Made by a program: the position numbers and the translations under genes. Shown piece after piece: positions 20,554 through 32,731 of a DNA stretch of 38,923 bases. A model generated the notes under the pieces. The model was given only the letters and a program-made list of their open reading frames with translations. It was not told the DNA's origin and did not search any database. Source of the stretch: Macrostomum lignano (Eukaryota); the NCBI GenBank assembly GCA_002269645.1, contig NIVC01004661.1, forward strand, positions 1-38,923, read 5' to 3'. Position 1 is the stretch's first letter. Each line of letters starts with the position of its first letter.

Positions 20554-20651
20554 CATTCCATTTAGACCAGATTTTAGACCAAATTTTTGAAAACGAAAAC
20601 CAAAACGATAGTCTAGTTTTGTTTGGTCTAAAATCTGGTCTAAATGGAATG
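20554..20651. repeat. Perfect 30-bp inverted repeat with 38-nt spacer, subterminal
   Basis: CATTCCATTTAGACCAGATTTTAGACCAAA (20554-20583) is the exact reverse complement of 20622-20651. Confidence 0.92.
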
Positions 20652-20696
20652 TTGGGTGGGTAGGTGAGCTGACTATAAATAGCTTCTATTCTTTCC

Positions 20697-21003
20697 GACC
20701 CTTCGCGCCTGCGGCGCGGGCAAGGGGTTATAGAGTAGTAGTATAGAAAAAGACGCTTCTAGATCAGACCTTATTTTAATGGCCGTTTGTAAGGTCTTAA
20801 GAGGGGGGACGCGAGGGGAGTGTTGGGGAGTGTTTGGAAGTTTTGGGAATGATTTTTATTGTTAGGGGTGATTATGGGTGATTAGATGTGTTAAGGGTGT
20901 TTAGATGTGTTTTTTTATTTACCCCCCGTGTCCCCCCTCTAGACCCTTAAAACGGTAATTAAAAAAGTGCTCTGGGTCTAGAAGCGTCTTTTTCTATACT
21001 ACT
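20697..21003 (-). repeat. Right terminal inverted repeat of the Polinton
   Basis: Ends in ...TTTTTCTATACTACT and matches the left TIR. Confidence 0.97.
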
Positions 21004-22110
21004 GAGGACAGAGAAGTATAAAAATGAGAAATGATCGGTACGTTCGCGCTTTTGAGGCTTCCGAATGCTTATATTCAATCAAAAACCCTTCCTGCAATGT
21101 TTCTCTTCCCAATCTCTGCACAGTTGGGCGGCATTAGATTGGAAAATTGGGGCTGCATTTCCAGTGCCTGCCGAAACAGCGGTCTGGGAATACAAAAGCC
21201 AGGCGCCCTGGCACACCTGGCTCCATCCCCTCCGACCGTCAATGCTTCTTTTCGTCTGCCTGTTCTTAAAGTTCAGGGATTGAGGGCTCGGTGCGGCGGG
21301 GGCATGATGCACTCGAATCACCGAAGCGGTTGCTGAATTTGTGTAACATTTTCCCCCTGCCTCTCCAGCCTTCCCTTGCACAATCGCTTTTACCTTGTGA
21401 GAGAAACAGCGGGATTCATCGGGCCCAGTCGAGGTTAAATAAACTGGGATTCAATACAGCTGGCTTGGCTTGTCTCCATCCATTTGCATCGCGGGGCCCA
21501 AAGTAATGAGCAATAAATAATTGAACTAGCCGTTATCATGAAGATTTCAGAATAACTTAGGTATTACGGACTCAGCATATTTTATATATCTCATGGAATA
21601 ACTGGGCTCAGAGGGCTCGAGATGTTGACGAGTCTCGAGCACACCTCTCGAGACCTCGCGACCCGCTGCCTTGATAAGTAGGGGCTTTCGCCGATCAGTT
21701 TCGCCGCTCTCGTTTGCTCGCCAAGAGGCTGGGCCTAATTCGCGTGAATTTTCTTTAGCGCGCCCCGACGGCAGGGGAAGCATAATTAATTCCTATTAAT
21801 AGCGCCCGAACCGGATTCTCCGAATGCGTTTGACAAAAACTGGCTGAATCTTAGTTTAGCTCATACATAGAATTGCAGTCGCGCAATCTGCTGCTAACGC
21901 TGCTGTCGTGTCTTCGGTAATGGTGCAATACATCGATTGATATGCAGGTACACCTTGTCTCTGTAACTGCTTATCTTTGCCATTATTTTTGTCCAAATGA
22001 TCAGCAACTCTCCATCGACAAACCCCAAAGCTCACTTTTATAAAGTCTTTAGCTCAAGCAGATTCAAATACCAATTCCTCCGGTTTTATTCCGTATCTGA
22101 GCTGACTTAC

Positions 22111-22603
22111 CGCTGTACGAAAGCTTCCACAGTCCCTGACTAGCTGTCAAATTATGCCCATTCTCCGCCACCATCTGGAGACGCGCCCAGGTGTTGGTGA
22201 AGGCGCCCAGCACCACCAGGAGACCGCTGGCAGCAGCCACTGCGGTGCAGACAACCAGCACCCTGGTCTCCATTTTCCACAGGCGCCATGTTTCCGCTGA
22301 AGCCTGCAAGCAGCCGGGCAGGGCGCCAGCAACGCGCTGCGGCCGCTGCTGCGACTTTCGTTTCGACTGCTGTTGCTCTACAGGGTTGGGCTTGTCGGGC
22401 TCGTCCAGCGTCTCAACTTCAACCTCTTCCGTGTCCGCCGTCACTGAAGCTACGGACGCCGCCGCTGATGTTGCCTTCGCCGATGCCTCCACCGCGGCGG
22501 CGTCAGTATGATCGTTCGATGCCGACTCCGTGGTTCCTTCCGATTGGAGCGAAGATTTCTCCTTGGCCATTCCCTGCTGGTGCTGTCTGCAACTTGCCTG
22601 CAT
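22111..22603 (-). CDS. First coding exon of a host claudin/PMP22-like tetraspan membrane protein gene
   Basis: Low-complexity N-terminus, TM helix VLVVCTAVAAASGLLVVLGAF, W..GLW motif, and a GTAAGT donor at 22110. Downstream exons and exact start not identified. Confidence 0.55.
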
Positions 22604-24074
22604 GCGACCTGCCTGAATTTATCCGTCAGGCTGGCGGTTTGCTGGACGCCACCTCTTCTTCCCTTCTCCCTCTCTTCCCCTGTGCCCAATCGGTTTTATT
22701 TTTTCCTGTCTGCTTCAGTTGGTTGGCAGGGAGGAGGTTGGCAGTACTGCAACTCCCAACTCCTCTCCCTCCCTTCCCCTCTGTCCTCCCCACTCGCCTT
22801 GCCACAGAGAGACGTCTGTCTGCTTTCTGAATTGCGGAACTTGCTGATCCTGCTTTGCAATTGCCGGTCTCGCTTTTGAATTTTGAATTTTGAATCTCGA
22901 TTCTCGCGTTTTACTGCCTTATCTGCGTCTCCAGTTCAATGCCATGGTACACTTATATTTCTTTAATTCTGTTGCACATAAAGACAGGAGATACGGGGTT
23001 AGTTGGGTATCATGTTAAGGTTGATGAGCTGCTCATTTTTGCTATACCATACACGCGTGTAAATGGGAAATTATAATCCTACTGTACATTTTTAGCAATG
23101 TACAGTAGGATTATGCCTTGGCTAAGGCCTAAGGTCTAAGGCCTTGGCTTAGAATGTTACGTAACGGTGTGAGAAGGCGAAAGTCGAATGCTAGCTGACT
23201 CATCTTCTGTTCCACTGAGCAGACCTGGGGATATTTAGCAGGTCCTAGAGCCAAGCACCTGAGAAAATGAATGCTTGCATCAGTGACCCCTCCCTGCCGT
23301 GCCTCTCTTGCATTTCACCTGCGACATTTCCTAGTCGCCCACCCTCACACGCACCCACCATTTGGTTTGCACTTGCCGCATCTCCCGTGTGTTGCACCAG
23401 CCTACACGAGGCTCAGCCCCTTGCTAATACAAATGAGGACATCTGATATCGGCAGATCGATTGCATCTGCCCTGTGCACTATTATTTCTCCTTTGTCTTG
23501 CTTTGCTTGAAAAAGCACAATAAAGGCAAGTAGAGGTCGCTCCGCACTGCTTTTTGTGGGTCAATGAATTCCCCAGCTTTTGCTAGAGTAGGCAGTTTTG
23601 TTTTGTGCTTCTCCTAGCCCACGTGACCACCCTATTGAGCAGCTTGTGTTCAGTAATAATAGTGCATTCAACTCACCTAGCATATTCTGCGTCATCATTG
23701 CCCAGTGCACTGAGATGCACTTACTACATTTCGTGATAGAAAGCGCAAAGTCTCGTGTATGAACTACGAGTATTCTTAGACTTAATTTATTACTTTACTT
23801 GTCATTGGTAATATTTACCGGTAAGAGCTTCGATAAATTCAAAAAAAATCTTAAAATGTAAGCAAATGCGATACGAGAGTATATATATATAAAGAATCAC
23901 CTGAACCGCTTACAGATTTAAGGTAACAGCCGCTGAAATCGCGCGGCGCCATCCAAATACTGAACACACATTTTACAGTGCTGAGACAGGGGGGAGGGCG
24001 CTGTCCCTATCACAGCCGGGTTAACAGGAGCTCAGCTAATTTGACCAACCACTCACAATGGCTACCTTGATTTG

Positions 24075-24460
24075 GTGTGTCTCTTCTCAGCTCTCTTCTC
24101 TCTATTTTCTTCTTTCTTCTCTCCTCTATTCCCTCCTCTCATCTCTCTCTCTTCTCTCCTCTCCTCTTTTCTTATCTCATTTCTTCTCTCATCTCATCTC
24201 TCCTCTCTTCTCTCTCTTCTCTCCTCTCCTCTTTTCTTATCTCATTTCTTCTCTCATCTCATCTCTCCTCTCTTCTCTCTCTCTTCTCTCCTCTTCTCTT
24301 TTCTTATCTCATTTCTTCTCTCCTCTCATCTCTCCTCTCTTCTTTCTCTTATATTTTCCCTCATCGCATCTCTCATCTGGCCTCTCACTTCTCCTCTCTT
24401 CTGTTAGCTCTTATCTCCCTCTTTATTCTTTTTTCTCCCCATTCCCTCTCCTTCCCACTC
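24075..24460. repeat. CT-rich low-complexity tract with ~60-65 bp imperfect tandem units
   Basis: Directly visible; explains spurious S/L/F-rich ORFs. Confidence 0.85.
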
Positions 24461-24488
24461 TCACCTGGCCCGCAGCAATGATCTAGGT

Positions 24489-24683
24489 CAGCGGTTCTCA
24501 ACCTTTTTTCAGGCGACCCCAATTTATTCACTTGCATCATTTTTTAATGCTTGCGACCCCTTTAATAATCAATATAATGCATCATTAAGTATGACGTTCT
24601 CACACATTTCTTAGTGCTGCGACCCCCCAAAAATGGTCACGCGACCCCATTTTTGGTCGCGACCCACAGGTTGTGAACCACTG
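24489..24683. mobile_element. hAT-type MITE (~195 bp)
   Basis: TIRs CAGCGGTTCTCAACCT / AGGTTGTGAACCACTG; 8-bp TSD ATCTAGGT / ATCTCGGT (7/8); internal GCGACCC repeats. Confidence 0.85.
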
Positions 24684-25257
24684 ATCTCGGTTCTTTATTT
24701 GGCCCTTGAGGTAAAGTTTGCTGACCCTGGCCTTAGGATGAGTTCTAAAGTTTTACACTCGCAGCAGTTTTTCCGGCCTTTCCAGCTTGTCATAAATCCA
24801 CTCAATCATTACTGCCCTCTTCCTGGCCTGAGCTGTCAGCTCAATGCATGGTAGATCGGCGCCAATTCGTCATCTTGGTTTGACCTTTTTCGTCACCCAG
24901 CGCCCTATGGCTGGCGTGACTGCATCGGATTAGGATTATGTCGCAAGCCTGGCACCAAGTCTTCCATGTCCTCCGCAGACTGAGTAAATATTTATGAGAT
25001 TGACTGGCGGCCACTGCCACGGTGGGGGGTTCTCAACTGCAGTCTTGCTCAAGCCTGGCAATCTCATGATCAATTGACTGCCGGAGATGGAGCGGAAAGC
25101 TGCGGCTCAGCGCAGAAATTTTCCTCAACGTTGGCGGTAGGAAGTAGCGCTTGATTTCACTCGGGGGGGGGGTTGCTTGACTTGCCTGTTGGCATTTCCA
25201 ACGAACGGTCGCCCGCCAATCTCAAGGTTTAGCTGATTAGTCTCTCTCTCGCTGATT

Positions 25258-25549
<292 letters not shown>

Positions 25550-26351
25550 AATAGATTTGAATACATTTTATATGCTGCACGACACAAAATAAGAAAGAAA
25601 CATGAGACTAAGTGACATCTTCACACTCATTTATGGTGCTTTCGTATGCCCCTCGGGCTAGCCTATAAAGACTTGTAGCTCCATTATGGTTTCACATTTA
25701 CTTAAAATAAGTAATTTACTTAAGGTAAATCCAGTTAACAATTGTAAGATTCCTGTATGAGTCCACTGGCTTGAGCAGAGAGATAGCAGCTGCGTCTTCT
25801 AAGACTGGACTGCATGCAGAGATAGCTCGCTAAATCTTTTTAAACCGGCCTCTAACTTGCTCGATCAAAGCTTTTCGATTCCGCTTATCAACGTTTAGCT
25901 GTTTAGCCAGCCAATTTCGATCTCAGAATTTTCAGATTGTTTTTTGTATTTTCGAAAGTCTCTGTTAGTTTGGTCAGGAGTGTTCTGAAGCTTCTTATCT
26001 CTGGCTGGCCACAGGCAGCGTATTTATGGCCTATGCTCTGCCCTCCGTGTACTGAGGTTGTTTTGCTGTATTGAAGTTTCAACCTGAGAAGGATTAGCAG
26101 TGTAGGAGTTGCGATGGCAACACGTCTGCTCAGATTTACTGAGCTTTTCTCTAATATCTCAGACGTTAAAAACATTTCAGACGCTTGTTAATTAACAAGA
26201 CCACGTATGATAAATATAAATTTGATTTGAACGCACATCATGTTCTATATCTTGCATCCTTGTTGTATTAAGGCCAAGAGATGGAGGAACACCTGAGCCA
26301 AACAAACCAATTTTCAATTTTCAACAATTATTTAAGCTCTTCTTCCCGCAG

Positions 26352-27591
26352 CCTCTGCTGCTGAACCTTATTATCAACGCTGACGATCTCGGCTACTCGG
26401 CCAGGCGCGACCGGGCCATCCTGCGGCTCCTGGCCGACGGTCACGTGACGGACGCCTCCTTCATGGTCACCGGTTCGGCCTGCCGCTCCGCCGAGCTTCG
26501 CAGCTTTTTTGCTTCAAGACCGACGCCCGGGCTTCATCTGAACCTGACCGAGGGCCGGCCGGTTTGTCCGCCTGGCCAAGTGCCGAGCCTGGTGAACCCG
26601 GACACTGGCCGGTTCCTGGGCAAGCTCGGCTTTCGCGCTGCCCTTTCAGCCGGACAGGTGTCCCGGTCGGACATCCTAGCCGAGGCCGGCGCTCAGTTTG
26701 CCCGATTCGCCGAGCTCTTCGACGGACGGCCGGCCGGTCACGCCGACGGGCACCAGCACGCGCACTCGCTGCCCGGCCTGGCCGCGTCCGCCTTCGCCGA
26801 GGCCGCCGCGGCTGCTGGTGTCCATCGCGTCCGAGTGCCGGCCGAGTGCCGCCTGCCCTGGCTGGATGTCGGCGACGAGGACAACAACAAGACTGTTGAA
26901 ACTGACGGAGAGGCCCAAAGCCAACGGCGACGCTTCCTGACTGACGTATCAAACGACGCGGCTATCGCGGCCAAGCAAGAGTTTGCCTCGGCTGGCCTCA
27001 CCTGGCCCGGTGCCTTCATGGGCCTGTCCAGCATGGGGGCCGAGATGCGGCTGGACAGAGTGGCCCGGCAGCTGGCCAGGCAGCTGAGCCCAGCGCTGAT
27101 TAAGCTGGTGTGTAGTAAATAGATTTTCTAAAGCTTCACGAAGAAAGCTCATAAATATCAAGTGATGCTTCGAGAAAATGAGGGACAAGAATATATATAA
27201 GCCAACAAACATACTTTGCTGCTTCACAACTATTATTATGCCACACGCTGTCATGCACTTAGCATTCTTTTTTCCCATAACTGCCTTTCAGCGGAGCATG
27301 TCAGACGAGCCCGCCGAGCTCTGGTGCGAGTGGATGGTGCACCCCGGCGAGCCCTGCCTGCCCGGAGAGCCTGGCTGCGGCGGCGACCCGGTGGACGAGT
27401 TTGCCTGCTCGTCGGAGCGCCGTCACGAGGCTGATTTTCTTGCCAGTGCAGAATTCGCCCACTTTCTAATGCGACCCTTCGATTGCGAAGCTTTCGCTGC
27501 TGAGCTGCCGTCAGATATTGCCGCTTCTGAGGCTGTGCGGCTGCGGCTGAGTTCATTCCATGACATGCCTCTAGTGACACAGCCTCTTTAA
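26352..27591 (+). CDS. YDJC: YdjC/ChbG-family carbohydrate deacetylase; exons 26352-27107 and 27292-27591, upstream exon not located
   Basis: LIINADDLGYS, GLHLNLTEG, DGHQHAH and EWMVHPG motifs; CAG acceptors at 26351 and 27291, GT donor at 27108, phases consistent. Confidence 0.88.
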
Positions 27592-27904
27592 TCCAGGAGT
27601 CATTGCTGGTTTTGGAAACATTTGAATTATTTCGTTTGCTATAGCCATCGTCAAAATAAATTAAAATTACTCAAAACATCAAGTTAAGCTTGGAGATAGA
27701 ATTCTGGTCTCTGGATTGTTAAATTAACAACCAACGTTCAGTATGTACTTTTTTCTTGGTTTACAACAGCTCCGTCTGTACCCTAGGGTGCAAATTACGT
27801 GCAGGATATTCCGGTGCGAAAGTTCAATAAAACTCACTACAAAAAATCTTTCTGCTCAAAACGATGGTAAGAGCGAAGTTTATCAACTCAGATATCGAAT
27901 GCTA

Positions 27905-29332
27905 TCAAGCCTCCACCTCATCGTAGCGTTCTGAGTCGCGATGACGTCTGCCGTGTCCTCCACCGCGGTGACGTCTGCCGCGACCTCCACCGCGGTGGCG
28001 ACGCGAGCGATGCCTGCCTGAACGACGCCAGTGGTCGTGGCCGCTCTCAGCGCCGCCCATTGCCTGCTCCATGCTGCCGTCAATCAGGTCCATCATCTGC
28101 GCCAGAAAGTCGTCTTCGACGAGACTCGCCACTTCAACATCTGACTTCATTTCTTTGGCCTCCAGTCCGACGTAGTTCTGCAACAAATTATCAATAGAAT
28201 CGTAGGTCCTTTCGTAACATTTATATACATACGGTAAACTTATGTGCAACTCGCAATACAAACTCAAAAGGAAACGCCTAGCCTTGTTCAGTCTCAGTCA
28301 AAAATACTGGATTCTGAAGAAGCCAGGCCGCAACGTATAAAGTACATTTCATTGGCGCATGGTACGTAACTTCAAGAACCTGAAAGTTTCGAAAATCGAT
28401 TAGAGAGTGATGAGCCGGTACCTTGAACTTGCGCCACAGCCTGCGACTTCCTGACGTCTCCTCGGCAGTGCTCGAGTTGTTCTTGCAGAAGTCCGGCACA
28501 TTGTACAGCTCCCTGTCTTTGATGCCCGAGGTCACGTTGTAGTACTGGTAGTTGCCCATCATGCTGCGGAATCGCCTCTTCACTCGGTAAGCGCCCTTAA
28601 TGGGCACGCACGAGCGGCTGGTGACAACGGAGAACACCTCGGTGGTCAGCGCGCGGCTGGCGTTGCGGTAGCCGTAGGCCGTCACTGGGAGGCTGTTTTG
28701 CCCGGCTCCGTAAAAGTATGGCGAGTACTGCCTGAAGTAGTCTGTAAGAGTTCGGAATTTTTACATAGCGGTACTCATCTATGCTCTACTCTGTCAATCA
28801 GCCTCATTCTGGCGGATTCTGGTGGGGATGGATTCTTACCTGGGATGCAGGGTCTTCTCATCGACCGCCTCAGCTTGAATGTCTTGCACTTGTCCTTGTA
28901 GATGAAGTACGCCTTCTTGGCATTAAAGTCGGCCACGGTTCGGGTGTGGTAGACCCGCTTAGTCTTCTTGCAGTAGGACATTGTGCGGGCGGCCACCTTC
29001 TTGCCAGGGTAATCAAGACCGACCTTGCTGTCGGACTGCGGGGCAGGCGGAGCGATTCTACGTTAAACTAACACATCAATGAATGAACGGGTACTTCTTT
29101 TCCATTTATTGTATTTATAAATCTCCAATTTACATTCACTTACGGCTCGAAATTTAGGGATCAGAAATTTCTTGCTAATGTGGAAGGCGCCCACGCGTCC
29201 CTCCCACTGTGTGGGCAGACAGCAGCCTTTGCCGAGCTCGCCCTTGTCGTCGGCGTAGTCGCCCATCCAGAAGAGGCTCTCCATCGCGCTGGCAGTCGCC
29301 AGCACAGTCAGGAGAAGCACTAGAGTCTTCAT
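27905..29332 (-). CDS. EPDR: Ependymin-related secreted protein, copy A (exons 29144-29332, 28840-29035, 28422-28741, 27905-28177)
   Basis: Signal peptide, CCLPTQWEG, C..P, Y.NVTSGIKD..YNVPDFC; canonical GT/AG introns with consistent phases. Confidence 0.85.
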
Positions 29333-32300
29333 GATTTTGTTGTCTGTTTGCAAATTTAGCTTGACCAATTTTTATCGTCGGAAAAGTTATGCTACAAATG
29401 ACTGTCTTTTATACTGCTTGCAATCTGACAGACGAAGGTCAAAACTTTGCACCCGCTGTCAAAGCGTTTTCCGTTCTAATTTTAGTATTCGTAGGTCTCG
29501 ATGACATGACATTTATTAAAACCTGCGGCTTGAATTTTTAGTGCGTAGAAAAACAGTTTCAGATCAAATTCAAAATAACTTTCTTACAATTTTTTACGAG
29601 TCTCCAGCGGCTAAGCAATTTGCCAGGTAATTTTTTGTCTATCGGACGAAGATCGAGCACATATTCAGAAGTCTTCAATACCGGTAAACAAATGTTTAAT
29701 ACGCATGAAAAATCCTTTAATTTCTCGGGAAGGTTTTAGATTTTCTACATTTTCTATTCTCAAGTTAAACACACAGCGTTTCTATGTACGAGGTACCAAA
29801 GTGTCACGTATTTGGGGTCCGTATTGACTGTGATAACTTTCTCATTCCACTTCAGCCTGACAGACTTCAGTGCGATAAAAATTGATAATTATGCCTTGAA
29901 GGAAGTTATAGCGCTGTCTCTGTTCGGGTGCATATTATAAGCAGATTGGCTCGATGGCAAACGTCTAATGAATTAATCCGAATTGAAAAAGAACTTTTTT
30001 AGTCTCTAGCAGAGACCCATACTTTTTTATTATTCATTTTTCTCTGTCACTGCACAATTTCTTGGGGCCAAAAGTATCGAAAATAATTTTTTGGGACCTT
30101 GTATTTCGAGCTGAGAGAGCATAAATTATGCTTTATTGCATTTAATTAACACCATTTACAGTGTTTTACTGTTGATTTACGAGCTAGCAGACGGCTACTT
30201 GGGCAAGCCGAAAATTTCATAGCAGGCCGATTTTTCAGCCCGAAATGTGCGCCTGAACAGTTAATTGGTTTGGCTGAAATCAATACATTGTATCGCTGCA
30301 CGACGCGAGTAGAGAATGAAAGCTTACATTACCTCGCCTAACTCAGACGGGTAAACAGACATGCAGCCCTCCTTACTTTCATCATGCTCAGCTAGCTGCC
30401 TTGGCCTAATTGGGCAAGAATCGTTTAACAACCTCCTTGTACGAATGATTTCCTTGTACGAATTTCACATTCTGTGGACCGCACGCGAGGAATCGAACCT
30501 AGGGACTCTCGTCGGATCTATAGTCCCCTGGTTGACTTACTTTTTTGGAGTGGCGCATTTTGTATCGACACCCATGTTTGTTACATGTAATACAAATCAT
30601 TTTCAGATAAAACACTATCTTATTGGCCTTAAGAGAGGATAATCTTGGTAGCAAATCGGCTAAAAAATTGTCTATAAACAGTGCATCTTACTTTAAAAAT
30701 CCAAGGGACATTAACTTTGTCATTATGTTGTCATGGATTGAATTAACAATCTAAAGCGCTGGAAAACCCAGTAAAATTTAACTTAGAAACGCTTTAAAAA
30801 ATTGATAGTGCTTATCGTGCTGCATGCAAATTTCATGTACATTGAACCCTTTTCTACTTTATCAAAGTAGCGAGGTTGCTAACGTCGTGTGCCGATACAG
30901 CAGATGCGTCATTGGAAAACTTCTCAATCTTGACAGCTCAGGTTTTCATATACTACACAGACCTCATCAGGCAGCCAGTGACACATGCTGTTACAGTTCA
31001 CGTATCGCGCCACGTCTAAAAATTGTCTCGATAAATTTTCGCCGAATTCTGACCCTCTACGTTCTCTTATAATCAGTAAAAGTCACATGCTATTAGCCAT
31101 GCAAACGTAAACTCTGCGTGGCTCGCTCTCAATCTGATTTATCCGCGTCTCCAGGTCAGCTGCAACTTTATGAAAGTAGCAAAGTTGGCTTGCCTGGAGC
31201 GATAAGAATCTTCAACAACAACCTATGGCCCTTTATAAATACTTGAAACGCAAATAGGAACTTCTTCCAACTTCAACGAGCTGAGCTCTCATAAATTCAA
31301 GCAATTTTAACCCAAGCAACAGCCATGAAGACTCTGGTGCTTCTCCTGACTGTGCTGGCGACTGCCAGCGCGATGGAGAGCCTCTTCTGGATGGGCGACT
31401 ACGCCGACGACAAGGGCGAGCTCGGCAAAGGCTGCTGTCTGCCCACACAGTGGGAGGGACGCGTGGGCGCCTTCCACATTAGCAAGAAATTTCTGATCCC
31501 TAAATTTCGAGCCGTAAGTGAATGTAAATTGGAGATTTATAAATACAATAAATGGAAAAGAAGTACCCGTTCATTCATTGATGTGTTAGTTTAACGTAGA
31601 ATCGCTCCGCCTGCCCCGCAGTCCGACAGCAAGGTCGGTCTTGATTACCCTGGCAAGAAGGTGGCCGCCCGCACAATGTCCTACTGCAAGAAGACTAAGC
31701 GGGTCTACCACACCCGAACCGTGGCCGACTTTAATGCCAAGAAGGCGTACTTCATCTACAAGGACAAGTGCAAGACATTCAAGCTGAGGCGGTCGATGAG
31801 AAGACCCTGCATCCCAGGTAAGAATCCATCCCCACCAGAATCCGCCAGAATGAGGCTGATTGACAGAGTAGAGCATAGATGAGTACCGCTATGTAAAAAA
31901 TTCCGAACTCTTACAGACTACTTCAGGCAGTACTCGCCATACTTTTACGGAGCCGGGCAAAACAGCCTCCCAGTGACGGCCTACGGCTACCGCAACGCCA
32001 GCCGCGCGCTGACCACCGAGGTGTTCTCCGTTGTCACCAGCCGCTCGTGCGTGCCCATTAAGGGCGCTTACCGAGTGAAGAGGCGATTCCGCAGCATGAT
32101 GGGCAACTACCAGTACTACAACGTGACCTCGGGCATCAAAGACAGGGAGCTGTACAATGTGCCGGACTTCTGCAAGAACAACTCGAGCACTGCCGAGGAG
32201 ACGTCAGGAAGTCGCAGGCTGTGGCGCAAGTTCAAGGTACCGGCTCATCACTCTCTAATCGATTTTCGAAACTTTCAGGTTCTTGAAGTTACGTATCATG

Positions 32301-32713
32301 CGCCAATGAAATGTACTTTATACGTTGCGGCCTGGCTTCTTCAGAATCCAGTATTTTTGACTGAGACTGAACAAGGCTAGGCGTTTCCTTTTGAGTTTGT
32401 ATTGCGAGTTGCACATAAGTTTACCGTATGTATATAAATGTTACGAAAGGACCTACGATTCTATGATAATTTGTTGCAGAACTACGTCGGACTGGAGGCC
32501 AAAGAAATGAAGTCAGATGTTGAAGTGGCGAGTCTCGTCGAAGACGACTTCTTGGCGCAGATGATGGACCTGATTGACGGCAGCATGGAGCAGGCAATGG
32601 GCGGCGCTGAGAGCGGCCACGACCACTGGCGTCGTTCAGGCAGGCATCGCTCGCGTCGCCACCGCGGTGGAGGTCGCGGCAGACGTCACCGCGGTGGAGG
32701 ACACGGCAGACGT
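27944..32713. repeat. Inverted duplication: arms ~27944-29333 and ~31324-32713, ~2 kb spacer
   Basis: The arms match as reverse complements including introns, with only a handful of differences seen. Confidence 0.93.
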
Positions 32714-32731
32714 GAGGGTGTGGAGATCTAA
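31325..32731 (+). CDS. EPDR: Ependymin-related secreted protein, copy B (exons 31325-31513, 31622-31817, 31917-32236, 32480-32731)
   Basis: Same motifs as copy A; inverted and nearly identical. Confidence 0.85.

Larger units (their letters stand above)
2027..21003. mobile_element. Polinton/Maverick (adintovirus-like) element, ~18977 bp
   Basis: AGTAGT...ACTACT termini, ~308 bp TIRs, full core gene set (pPolB, RVE integrase, MCP, penton, ATPase, adenain), AT-rich relative to flanks. No 6-bp TSD. Confidence 0.97.

Noticed and set aside
19097-20590. Plus-strand ORFs antisense to the core genes (and similar antisense or alternate-frame ORFs over mariner, YdjC, claudin-like and ependymin exons)
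   Set aside because: Shadow ORFs of real genes with no motifs or start context.
21031-21336. IRLENWGC..C..G..AH as the continuation (SWIM finger) of the left transposase
   Set aside because: The resemblance is weak, one metal ligand is missing, and stops separate it from the junction. A decayed paralog cannot be excluded.
28278-32380. ORF-track proteins 28278-28685, 29063-29368, 31325-31594, 31973-32380 etc. as separate genes
   Set aside because: They are exons of the two ependymin-related genes read through into introns.
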